Positions 49,500 to 61,049 of a stretch of 64,000 bases of DNA are shown here, in pieces. The position numbers were made by a program, and so were the translations under genes. The stretch is taken from the NCBI RefSeq assembly GCF_004010195.1, contig NC_057750.1:17518499-17582498 (forward strand). Reading direction: 5' to 3'. Every line of letters starts with the position of its first letter. Position 1 is the first letter of the stretch. The DNA is from Chiloscyllium plagiosum. Taxonomy: Eukaryota. The notes beneath the pieces were generated by a model, which was not told where the DNA came from, ran no database searches, and saw nothing but the letters and a program-made list of their open reading frames with translations.

Positions 49500-50278
49500 C
49501 CAGTGTCCCAGGTGTTGTGAAGGATGGGACTGACCTTGCCACCATGGAATACTCCAAGTCGTTGGACCGTCCCGTATCACCTGTCCTTTGTGAAGAAATT
49601 TACAAATAAAAACATCGAGGACCATAATCTATCAGGGAGTGGTCAACATGTAGTGTCCTCGACACCCTGTGGGAAAAGGCAAAGGTGGAGCCTGTCGGGT
49701 TGTTCCCTGGACAGACTGTCAAAGTCATTTGGCAGAATGCCTCATCATCAGAACTTCCCAACAAAGCACCAAACCATCGCTTGGTTGGCAGTGGGAAGAG
49801 CATGACCTGTGAGATTCTTTAAGTGCGCCCGGACTCTCACGCTGCCCTCGAAGCAGCTGTGGGATTGTTATCGAGACGATCACACATCTCCTTCTGGAAT
49901 GTGCCTTTGCGGAGGAAGTCTGGAGAAAGGTGCAGTGGGTTTTGTTGAGATTCATTCCGAGCAGCTCCGTGACACAGGACTCTGTGCTCCACCATACTGT
50001 TCCCCAGGACGGAGACTAACACAAACATCAACTGTGCCTGGAAGACCATCAACTCAGTGAAAGACATTTGGTCTGACAGAGACTTGTTGGTCTTCCAGGC
50101 AAGGAGTTGGCCCTGACTGAGTGTATCAGGCTGACACATTCCAGGGTCCAGAACCAGGTGCTGAGGGATGCATTGAAGCTTGGGGCAGCTGCCACTAGGA
50201 CTTATTGGGGAAACACCATAATCTAAGCTCCTTCTACAGAAGTTAAATGGGGGCCTATTCAATCATCAGACCCTCCTG

Positions 50279-50802
50279 GGACAGCACGGTGGCTCACAGC
50301 ACCAGGGACCTGGGTTCGATTCCCACCTCGGGCAATTGTCTGTGCGGAGTTTGCACGTTAGATTAGATTAGATTCCCTACAGTGTGGAAACTGGCCCTTC
50401 GGCCCAACCAGGCCACACCAACCCTCCGAGGAGTAACCCACCCAGACCCATTTCCCTCTGACTAATGCATCTAACAATATGGGCAATTTAGCTTGGCCAA
50501 TTTACTTGACCTGCACATCTTTGGATTGTGGGAGGAAACCCACACAGACACAGGGAGACTGTGCAAACTCCACACAGACAGTCACCCGAGGCTGGAATTG
50601 AATGTTCTCCCTGTATCTGTGTGGGTTTCCTCCGGGTGCTCCGGTTTCTTCCCACAGTTCAAAGATGTGCAGGTCAGGTGGTTTGGCCATGGGAAATGCA
50701 GGGATAGGGTGAGTGAGGGTCTGGTTGAGATGTTTTTAGGAGGGTCAGTGTGGACTCAATGGGTCAAATGGCCTGCCTCCACACAGTGTGTATCCTATGA
50801 TT
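50279..50802 (+). mobile_element. HE1-like SINE containing a nested opposite-strand HE1 (about 50358-50601)
   Basis: Outer head..GTTTGCACGTT | (AGATT)3 CCCTACAGTG..GGAATTGA | ATGTTCTCCCTG.. continuation; CTCCTGG on both flanks. Confidence 0.85.
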
Positions 50803-51616
50803 CTCCTGGTATCTCAAATATACGCACAATCCCAATAAGGTTTGTTTTGTTGGATAGAGTGGAACTGCAATGTTTATTTGTTTTCCATATACTACTGTCC
50901 AGAACAGAACAGATACTTTTATGAATAAAGTATATTTTTGAAATTAAATGAAAGACTGCATTCTAAGTATTTAATTGGGCTATAAAAGCAATTTGGGATG
51001 GTCCCATACCATGAACGGTGCTATGGAAATGCAAAACTTCCTTTCTGTCCAAGCTTACCTTGTGATGCCATTCCAACCCAGGCCATTGGCACAGAGGATG
51101 TGACCTCACTCTCAGTCCAACTCAGGGAACATCCTTTCTCTTGGATTCAGAGATAATTACAGGTGGAGTCATAGAGATGTACAGCACAGAAACAGACACT
51201 TTGGTGGGTCCAACTTGTCCATGCCAAGCAGATATCCTAAATTACTCGAGTCCCATTTACCAACACTTGTCTCCTATCCCTCTAAACCTTTCCTATTCAT
51301 ATACCCATCCAGATGCCTTTAAATGTTGTAATTGTACCAACCCCCTCCACTTCCTCTGGCAGCTCATTCCATTCACACACCACCCTCTGCGTGAAAACGT
51401 TGCCTCTTAGGTCTCTTTTAAATCATTCCCCTCTCACCCTAAACCTATGCCCTCTACTTCTGGACTCCCCCACCCCAGGGAAAAGATCTTGTCTATTTAC
51501 TCTATCCATGCCCATCATGATATATTAACCTCTGTAAGGTCACCCCTCAGCCTCCAACACTTCAGAGAAAACAGCCCCAGCCTATTCAGTCTATCCTTAT
51601 AGCTCAAACCTTCCAA

Positions 51617-51960
51617 TGGCACGGTGGCACAGTGGTTAGCACTGCTTCCTCACACAACCAGAGACCCGGGTTCAATTCCCACCTCGGGCAACTGTCTGTG
51701 TGGAGTTTGCACATTCTCCCCGTGTCTGCGTTGGTTTCCTTCCGGTGCTCTGGTTTCCTCCCACAGTCCAAAGATGTGCAGGTTAGGTGAATTGGCCATG
51801 CTAAATTGCCCATAGTGTTTGGTGAAGGGGTAAATATAGGGGAATGGATTTGGGAGGGTTGCTCTTCGGAGGGTCGGTGTGGACTTGTTGGGCCGAAGGG
51901 TCTGTTTCCACACTGTAAGTAATCTAATCTAATTATCTAATGCTGAGTAATCTAATCTAA
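51617..51960 (+). mobile_element. HE1-like SINE inserted in CR1
   Basis: GGCACGGTGGCACAGTGG head, V-domain, extended (TAATC)n tail. Confidence 0.92.
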
Positions 51961-52750
51961 AAACCCTGGTAACATTCTTGTAAATCATTTCTGAACCCTA
52001 TCAAGTTTCACAACTCCCTTCCTATGGGAGGGAGACAGAATTGCACACAATATTCCAAACGTGTCCAAACTAATGTCCTGTATGACCGCAACATGACCTC
52101 CAAACTCCTGTACTCAGTACTCTGACCAATAAAGGAAAGCATACCAAACGCCTTGTTCACTAACCTATCTACCTGTGACTCTCCTTTCAAGGAGCTATGA
52201 ACCTGTGACTCCAAGGTCTCTTTGTTTAGCAACACTCCCTAGGACCTTACCATTAAGTCTATAAGTCCTGCCTGAACCTGCACTCCAAGGTCTCTTTGTT
52301 TAGCAACACTCCCTAGGACCTTACCATTAAGTCTATAAGTCCTGCCTGATTTGCCTTTCCAAAATGCAGCACCTTACATTTATCTAAATTAAACACCATC
52401 TGCCACTTCTCAGCCCATTGGCCCATCTAATCAAGATCGTGTTGTAATCTGTGGTAACCTTTTACGCTGTCCACTGCACCTCCAATTTTGGTGTCATCTG
52501 CAAACTTACTAACTACACCTCCTTTGTTCACATCCAAATCAATTATATAAATGCTGAAAAGCAGTGGACCCAGCACTGATCCTTGTGGCACTCCACTGCT
52601 CACAGGCCTCCAGTCTCAAAAGCAATCCTCCACCACCATCTCTGACTTCTACCTTTGAGCCAGTTCAGTATCCAAATGGCTAGTCTTCTCTGTATTCCAT
52701 GAGATCTAACCCAGTCTCCCATGGGGAACCTTGTCAAAGTCCTTACTGAA

Positions 52751-52964
52751 GTTCTAGATATAGGTTTGCTCGCTGGGCTGGAAGGTTCATTTCCAGACGT
52801 TTCGTCACCCTACTAGGTAACATCTTCAGTGAGCCTCAGGATGAAGCTTCATCCAGAGGCCCACTGATGATGTCACCTTGTTTGGTGATATAACGTTTGA
52901 AAATGAACCTTTCAGCTCAGGGAGCAAACCTGCATCCAGAACCGCAACCTGAGCTGTTCAAATC
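52751..52964. mobile_element. Fold-back Penelope-derived mini-element (family D)
   Basis: Imperfect palindrome of about 190 bp (52751-52942) centred on GGATGAAGCTTCATCC. Confidence 0.82.
52793..52832 (-). ncRNA. Minimal hammerhead motif, family D, intact core
   Basis: Minus strand UCA-CUGAAGA-U-GUUACC UAGUAG GGUGAC-GAAA-CG-UC-UGG. Confidence 0.75.
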
Positions 52965-53468
52965 ACTTAAACAAAACAGAATGTATTTACAAGATTACCG
53001 AATGAAACACAAACAACTGAAAACAGAATACCGAATAACTTCTTCTATCTGAAAACCAACAGATCAGCCCAACTTAATGATGCTGTTCCCAACACTTGCA
53101 ACAATCCCTATAAGCACCGCTTGGGCACAAAAGGTAAAATCCAACACAGGTTCTTACAGGATCGAGGTCAGGGAGAGAGAGAGTACCAGTCTGGACCTGC
53201 TTCTGTGGGTCCAACAGCTTTTCCACATTCCTGCTAAAACCAAACCAAACCAGAGAAAAGCTGTGCTGGGAGAACTGGCCACTCCCCTTTCATTATACAA
53301 ATTTGTTTTAACTGGAAAGCCTTCTGTCTGAGGCAGTATCTGATAGCTATAATCAAATTGGCCCTAACCCCTTCAACCCCCAGACTTTTCGGAGTCTGTG
53401 TCATTTACAACCTCTCTAAAAAATGATCAAGGACCACACCACCTTGTTAAAGGAGCCGCTTCATCACA
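52965..53468 (-). mobile_element. LTR-like segment, 3' end lost
   Basis: Minus strand starts TGTGATGAAAGCGGCTCCTTTAACAAGG; related to 16233-16762. Confidence 0.6.
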
Positions 53469-55858
53469 ATGCATCCAGCACCTCCTCCTCTGTAGTATGG
53501 ACATTTTTCAAGATGTCACCATCGATTTCTCCACATTCTGTATCTTCCATGTCTTTCTCCTCAGTAAATACTGATGCAAAATACTCGTTTAGTATCTCCC
53601 CCATCTCCTGCAGCACCACACAAGGGCTGCCTTGGTAATCTTTGAAGGACCCTATTCTCTCCCTAGTTACCCTTTTGTCCTTAATGCATTTGTAAAAACC
53701 CTTTGGATTCTCCTTAAAAATACTGATGCAAAATACTCGTTTAGTATCTCCCCCATGTCCTGCAGCACCACACAAAGGCTGCCTTGATAATCTTTGAAGG
53801 AGCTTGAAATGTGTTACTGGAAAAGCGCAGCAGGTCAGGCAGCATCCAGGGAACAGGAGAATCGAATACTCTTCTATGGATTCACTCGATCTATCCTGTC
53901 TGTATTTGACATATGCTTCCTTCTTATTCTTGACCAAATCCTCAATTTCTTTACTCATCCAGCATTCCCTATGCCTACCAGCCTTTCACCCTGACAGGAA
54001 TATACTGTTTATGGATTCTCGTTGTCACATTTCTGAAGGCTTCCCATTTTCCAGCCGTCCCTTTACCTGCGAACATCTGCCCCCAATCAGCTTTTGAAAG
54101 TCCTTGCCTAATACCGTCAAAATTAGCCTTTTTCCAATTTAGGATTTAACTTTTAGATCCAGTCTATCCTTTTCCATCACTATTTTAAAACTAGTAGAAT
54201 TATGGTCGCTGGCCCCAAAATGTTCCCACACTGACACCTCAGTCACCTGCCCTGCCTTATTTCCCAAGAGTAGGTCAATTTTTGTACCTTCTTGAATCAG
54301 AAAATTTTCTTGTACACAGTTAACAAATTCCTTTCCATCTTAACACTATTGCAGTCCCAGTCTATGTTTGGAAATTTAAAATCCCCTACCATAAACACAG
54401 TATTATTCTATTAGATAACTGAGATCTCCTTACAAATTTGTTTCTCAATTTCCTGCTGACTCTGGGGAGGGGTCTATAGTACAATCCCAATAAGGTGATC
54501 ATCCCTTTAATTCCTTTCCATCTTAACACTATGGCAGTCCCAGTCTATGTTTGGAAATTTAAAATCCCCTACCATAAACACAGTATTATTCTAGTAGATA
54601 ACTGAGATCTCCTTACAAATTTGTTTCTCAATTTCCTGCTGACTCTGGGGAGGGGTCTATAGTACAATCCCAATAAGGTGATCATCCCTTTCTTATTTCT
54701 TAGCTCCACCCAAATAATGTCCCTGGATGTATTTCCAAGAATACCCTCCCTCAGCACAGCTGTAATACCATCCCTTATCAAAAATGCTACTCCCCCACCT
54801 CTCTTGCCTCCCTTTCTATCCTTCCTGTAGCATTTGTATCCTAGCATTAAGCTGCCAGTCCTGCCCATCTCTGAGCCATGTTTCTGTAATTGCTATGATA
54901 TCCCAGTCACATGTTCCTAACCATGCCCTGAGTTCATCTGCCTTCCCTGTTAGGCCTCTTGCATTGAAATAAATGCAGTTTAATTTATCAGTTCTACCTT
55001 GTTCTCTGCTTTGTTCCTGTCTGCCCTGACTGCTTAATTGACTCCTTTTCCCAAATGTACCAGTCTCAGACAGATCTCTTTTCTCATTTTCTCATTGGGT
55101 CACACCCCCCACCCCACCTTACTAGTTTAAATCCTCCTGAGCAGCTCTTGCAAATCTCCCTGCCAATATATTAGTCCCCTTCCAATTCAAGTGCAATCCG
55201 TCCTTCTTGTACAGGTCACTTCTACCCTAGAAGAGATTCCAATGATCTAAACACGTGAACCATTCTCCTATACACCAGCTCCTCAGCCATGCATTCATCT
55301 GCTCTATTCTTGTATTCCTCCCCTCACAAGTTCATAGCACCAGGAGTAATGCAGATATTACTACCTTTGAGGACCTCCTTTTTAAATTCCTTCCTAACTT
55401 CCTATATTCTGCCTTCAGAATAACATTGTTTTCCTTCCTATGTCATTAGTTCCAATGTGTATAATGACCTTCTGCTGCTCCCACTCCCCTTTGAAAATAT
55501 TCTGCACCCTCTCCGAAATATCCTGGCACCAGGGAGGCAACACACCATTCTGATTTCTCGCTGCCGGCTGCAGAAAGATCTGTCCATGCCTCTGTTGATG
55601 GAGCTAGTCATTTTGTGGACCCCTCCACCTCTTCAACTACAGGTTAAGTGGCTGTAAGGCAGGAAGGGGGATGAGGCCATTAGACTGGCTTCAATAGGCC
55701 CAAGAGGGAGTGGGCCTTCCAATGCCTGCACTGCCCCCTGCAGAATGGGGACAGATTGGATACAGCTGGGGAGAAGACTGCAGAAGGACCGCAGGCTGCA
55801 GTTTAGCCAACTCACTCTTCCCTTCAAACATGCCAGTGGAAGTGCAGAATATCCAGCT

Positions 55859-56034
55859 GTGTGTGTATATGTACGTGTGTGTGTCCGTGCGTGTATGTGT
55901 GTGTGCTTGTGTGTGTGTGTATATATGTGTGTGCACACGTGTGCAGGTGTGTGTGTGTATGTGTATGTCCATGCGTGTGTGTGTCTGTGTGTGTATGCGT
56001 GCATATGTGTATGTCTGTGTGTGTGTGTGTGTGT
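55859..56034. repeat. Compound (TG)/(TA)/(CG) microsatellite
   Basis: Direct reading. Confidence 0.95.
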
Positions 56035-56944
56035 TTTCATCACCTAGCAACCAAACAGCCAAATTTCATATCTGGACAATTATACAATTAGCAGATCTGA
56101 AATGAGTACTGCTGAAGGACATTGGAATTGACACTGATTTTAACTGAGAGTGACTTTTGAATTTTAGAACTGCAGTGAGGTACTCGAGTCAACCAATGAG
56201 TCCTGCACCTGACGAGTCATGGGTATACTATAAATTCCAGCAATAACTCCATATTGCCGTTTGTTTAGTGCATGGCGTATATTACGTTGCAAAAGGGAGC
56301 TAAAGAATGTTGATGGTTAATGGAAGAATTGGACGGCGGTATCATTACTTCTGTAATTCTTGGGTCAGAACCTGTTAAGACTGGGAACAGTTCCACATTC
56401 CTGAGATCAGCCCTGAATGGACAAGCTCCAATTTTAACATTCTTGCTTTCTTTTTCCGAACTCCGTCCAAGATCTTTTCTCAATGTATCTTATGAAATGC
56501 TTCAGTCACCTTAAACAGCTTAATTCGTTCTCCCCTTAAATCTTCAAAACTCGCCTTTTCTAATTCTGTCCTGGGATGTGAGGGCCATGGGCAAGGCCAT
56601 CATTTGTTGCACATCCATAATTATCCCGGAATAGGTGGCAGTGAGCTGTGCAAGCTCAGTCTATGTAATCACCGCGTCGGCCCCAGTGTCATTTTGCACT
56701 CTAAAAGACAACATATCCTCCTTGAGGTGTAATTTATAGAATCCATGGAGATAAGTAGCTCAGGAGGAGGCCATCAGGCCCATCATGTCTCTACTAGCCA
56801 TAGAAGAGCTATCAAGTCTAATTCCATGTATCAGCTTTTGAACCACAGCCCTGTGGGTTGCAGCATTCCAAGTGCTGAGTTTTTCAAGGTGAGTTTTTCA
56901 AGGAGCTTTTTCAAGGAGCTTTTCAGACCCCACCATCGTCGGAG

Positions 56945-57031
56945 TATGTATGTGTGTGTGTGTGTGTGTGGGTATGTGTGTGTGTGTGGGTATGTGTGTG
57001 GGTATGTGTGTGTGTGTATATTATATATGTG
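56945..57031. repeat. (TG)n/GGTATGTGT compound microsatellite
   Basis: Direct reading. Confidence 0.93.
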
Positions 57032-57859
57032 CGCCAAATCTCTGGCTTCCTACACCGGCCCTACGATGCGAGGTCTCTCATCTGTATAACTCGGAAATAC
57101 ATCGCCATCCTTTTAGTGTTGCTGGATCAATGTCACTCCCTAATGACATTGTGGATTTATCCCAAGGACTGCCGAGGGTCACACCAGCTCGCTACCACCT
57201 TCACAACAGGCAATTTGGGATGGACATTAAATACTGGCCCAGCCAGTGATGCCTCATCCTGTGAACGAGTTAAATTGAAAAACTGGAGTTTGCGATGCCT
57301 ACTGAACAGTGAGTGATTGAGAAAGGGTAAGCAATCAAGACAGAATGCCCCTTTGCTGACTGCTGCTGGGGTGACAGTAAAAGGGGTTTCACTTGTGAAA
57401 ACAACCGCTCGCAAAATGGTTTCTTGCTGTCTTCAGCTTGCGAGGCTAATAAAAAACAAAAGGTGAATAGGTCAGTGTGGGAGGTGAGAGCGTTTGACAT
57501 CTCTTGGGGGCAATGATGTGTTCTTGGAGGAGAATGAGTGTGAGGGAGAACCATGCACTGTAATTAGACAGGCATGTTAATTTAATGGCGAGACTGCAGA
57601 TTAATCACACTGCTGCTTCCAGTTACTGAGACAATGTCAGTTCACTGCTGATCAGTTACATATCAGCACACTCTGCCTTCTCCCTGCCTGTGGTTCGTGT
57701 TGATGTGGGCCCACTGGCTTTTTCCTTTTGTGTATGTACTCAGCTTAATACCCCTCCCCACCTTCCAACCACAAAATGACTAGCTCAATCAATAAAGGCA
57801 CAGGCAGACGTTTCAGCAGTCGTATCAGACATACCTCGCTCACTACAAATCACACTCAG

Positions 57860-58085
57860 GCTCGAATATAAAAGCTCGGTTGACATTCCAGTGAGAACCG
57901 AGGGAGTGCTACACTGTCGGAGAAGCTAAATTTTCAGACGAGACGTTAAACCAAGGCATCATGTGACATTTCAGGTGGACATACTCAGTGCCAAAACACT
58001 ATCTGGGAGTAGACCAGTGGAAATCTTCCCTAGTGGCCTAATCAGTATTTATCTCCCAGGAGCAGTAGTAAAGTTGCCTTGGTAT
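57860..58085 (+). mobile_element. Deu-SINE relic
   Basis: GAGGGAGTGCTACACTGTCGGAG..TCAGACGAGACGTTAAACC..TCAGGTGGAC. Confidence 0.65.
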
Positions 58086-58146
58086 TTGTGATTTGGAGAT
58101 GCTGGTGTTGGACTGGGGTGAACAGTCCAATAGCTTTATTTGGAAG

Positions 58147-58181
58147 CACTAGCTTTCGGAGCAACGCTCCTTCATCAGGTG
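58147..58181 (-). ncRNA. Minimal hammerhead ribozyme motif, family C, fully intact (within Penelope fragment about 58089-58184)
   Basis: Minus strand CAC-CUGAUGA-A-GGAGC GUU GCUCC-GAAA-GC-UA-GUG. Confidence 0.82.
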
Positions 58182-59168
58182 GTCGTAGTTCTTGCTGTAT
58201 CATATTTCATTGAATAACGTGGAATCTACAGCACAGGGGCAGGCTATTCGGCCCAACCAGTCTATTCTAGTATTTATGTTCCATTCAAGCCTCCTCCTCC
58301 CTTTATAATCTGACTCCATTATAACCTTCCATTCCCTTGTCCCCCTTTATCTGTGCAGAGATTATTCAATATTGCTTTAAAAGATACAATGCCTTAAAAC
58401 TTTCCACCTCACTGTTACCAGGACAATTGGCAAGAAAACAAGCCACAGAGGGAAGCTACAATTCTGGTTTGAGAAGGAACACTGATTGGATGTCATGCAG
58501 ACAGTGATTGCCACGGAGATTGCACCAGTTAGCAGATGACTGGCAGTTAACTGTCAAAACTATTCACCTCAATCATTCCCTGTGCTGGTGAGTTCCAAAG
58601 TCTCACCGCTCGCTAGATAACAAAGTGTGTTCTGAGTTCTCTGTGATTTCTTATTGTCTACTTACTTTCATGACCTCTAGTTGTGATCTTCCCAACATGA
58701 CGGGCTCTTATCTGTACTCATTCCATAGAAAGCTTTCAGAGTAATAAAGACGTCAATTAGGTCAATCCTCAGCCTTTTCTTGGTCCTAAACAACCCAAAC
58801 CTTTAAATCATTTGTGACCAGATTCATAGTTTTAGTATCATCCTCCAAAATCTGTTTTTTTTTTTCCCTTTCCAGTGCCTCTTTGTACATCTTGTAATGT
58901 GAAGAACAGAACCATACATAACACTCTAACTGTGGTCTAACAAATGCGCAATAGAAGTTTACAACAATCTCTTGACTGTCCTTGGAACTTTACAATTCAG
59001 GAGTTCCGTGTCGGTGGTGGTGGAAGTGAATATGCTTCCCCCTGCATACTGTCAAGCTGCTTGGGTGTTGTTGGAGCTGCACCCATCCAGACAACTGAGG
59101 GGTATTTCATCACTCTCCTGATTTGGACCTTGTAGATATTGGACAGGCTGTTGGGAGATGGAGAGGTG

Positions 59169-59767
59169 AATATCAGTTTAACCTCCCTTCAGCTTCAATC
59201 GCACTGATTCCACCCGCACTCGAATGTTGTAATCCCCACACCTCTGGCTATCCCCATCCCTGAATCCTTCTGACCCTTCAGTCCACATTGCCCTGCACTC
59301 TCCCACTTACTGATACTCAAGCCCTGTCTCTTGATACTCAAGCTCTTGATCTGGTCGCCGTAGTATTACTGTGGCTGATCGAGTTTAGTTTCCAGTCAAT
59401 GGTAACCGCCAGGCTTTTGGTAACAGGGATTTAATGATGATATGCAAATGCCAGTACTTTTTTTCCCTCCCAATGGAACAATGTGCAGACCCACTGCAAT
59501 ATAGATGTGAATCAGTACTCATTTACCTCTCCATAGATGAGCACCAACTTTAAATAGAGGCAAACCAATCAGATGGAGAGGAAACAAGGGGCAAGTGTGA
59601 AGGGAGAGACAGGGCTTGAGTATCAGTAAGTGGGAGAGTGCAGGGCAATGTGGACTGAAGGGTCAGGAGGATTCAGGGATGGGGATAGCCAGAGGTGTGG
59701 GGATTACAACGTTCGAGTGCGGGTGGAATCAGTGCGATTGAAGCTGAAGGGAGGTTAAACTGATATT
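59169..59767. repeat. 163-bp near-perfect inverted repeat (59169-59331 / 59605-59767), 273-bp spacer
   Basis: Arms are reverse complements with 2 mismatches by my alignment. Confidence 0.93.
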
Positions 59768-60711
59768 AAATTAAAGTAACGTGCATAAAATAATATAATC
59801 CATTGTGACTTGTACTTAAATTGACTTCAATAAACAGTCTGGGAATACACGAATGAAGACATTTCTAAAAACATGAGTTTTGAGCAAGGTGCTCTGAGCA
59901 GAGTCCTGCACCTTGTCCTTTTCAATCTGTTTCCTCCCCCTCATTGTGATTGTCTGTCACAACCCTCCAGGCAATGGAATTCTACTGGGGCTGGGAGCAG
60001 AAAAGATGGACAATTTGCTAATTCTTGTTTCCTGCTACTGATGGCAATTGTATTCCGAGCTGACCTCTGCTCTCATTTCCGAATTGATGCCAGATGAGAA
60101 AGGGATTGACTGTGGAGATAAATTCAATGGAGACGATTGAGGAGCAGGAACAATGTGACTGCCTGTCTGTTGTTGTCCCTGGCCGCGCACAGCGTTTGTG
60201 ACACGCAGCTCATTAATTGTGATGGGTTCCAGTTGACTGAGCTGTGAGCAAGGTGTTTCAGCAATGACGACTCAGGGAGAATGTTGACTGAGGTCCTGTG
60301 CTGTCTCATTTCTGTGGCAGCTCTCCCTGAAACAGACACACTGCCAAGCCAGTCTCATCTGTGTTGCTTAAACCGCCCAGCCAACATAGCCACCCACATC
60401 TTCAGTATTGGACACACAAGGTAAAGGCTACTAGATCAATGCAAGAGTCCTGTCGCAGAGGGCGTGGGGTGGGGGAAAAGATCAAGGAAAGGGCTGAAAC
60501 AACAATAAAGAAAGGGGTGTGTATGCTTTACAGCCAATCAACCACTTCTGAAGTATTGTCACTGTCACAATTCTCACTGAGTCTGAGACCCTGAGTCAGT
60601 ACTGGCCACCCAGACCCAACACCACACCATCCACCCCAAACCTGCACATTTTTGCATAGCAGGCTCCCATAAATAACATGTGACAAGCCTAAATAATCAG
60701 TTTTTTTAAGA

Positions 60712-61049
60712 ATTAGAATCCCTACAGTGTGGAAACAGGCCCCTTGGCCCAACAAGTCCACACCGACCCTCCAAAGAGTAACCCACCCAGACCCATTCCT
60801 CTACCCTATTAGTTACCTCTGACTAACCTGCACATCCTTGAACACTATAAGCAATTTAGCCACGGCCAATCCACCCTAACCTGCACGTTTTTGGATTGTG
60901 GCAGGAAGCCAGAGTACCGGGAGGAAGCCCACGCAAAAACGGGGAGAATGTGCAAACTCCACACAGACAGTCGCCTGAGGCTGGAATCGACCCTGGGCCC
61001 CTGGTGCTATGAGGCAGCAGTGCGAACCACTGAGCCACCACGCCGCCCT
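60712..61049 (-). mobile_element. HE1-like SINE, full length
   Basis: AGAATCCCTACAGTGTGG tail through GAGCCACCACGCCGCCC head. Confidence 0.92.

Larger units (their letters stand above)
49220..50945 (+). mobile_element. Tx1/L1-clade LINE 3' portion (ORF2 C-terminal zinc knuckle), interrupted by Penelope and SINE insertions
   Basis: WQNASSSELP..KHQTIAWLAV..CPRSSCG..ETITHLLLECAFAEEVW..WKTINSVKD..VLRDALKLG; ends ATGAATAAAGTATATTTTTG. Confidence 0.82.
51166..55610 (-). mobile_element. CR1/HER1 LINE, decayed and internally deleted (ORF1 esterase, APE, RT, 3' tail), with nested insertions and duplications
   Basis: GYKCYRKDRKGGKRGGGVAFLI..IWVELRNKKG..GLYYRP (APE); KENPKGFYK..EILNEYFASVFTEEK; FIGQSTEYRS..LEYCVQF; 3' tail CTGTACATCTCTATGACTC. 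Confidence 0.93.

Noticed and set aside
55633..56105. His/Thr- and Cys/Val-rich ORFs
   Set aside because: Translations of a (TG)n microsatellite
56209..56235. CTGACGAG as another hammerhead core
   Set aside because: No helix II closure or GAAA downstream
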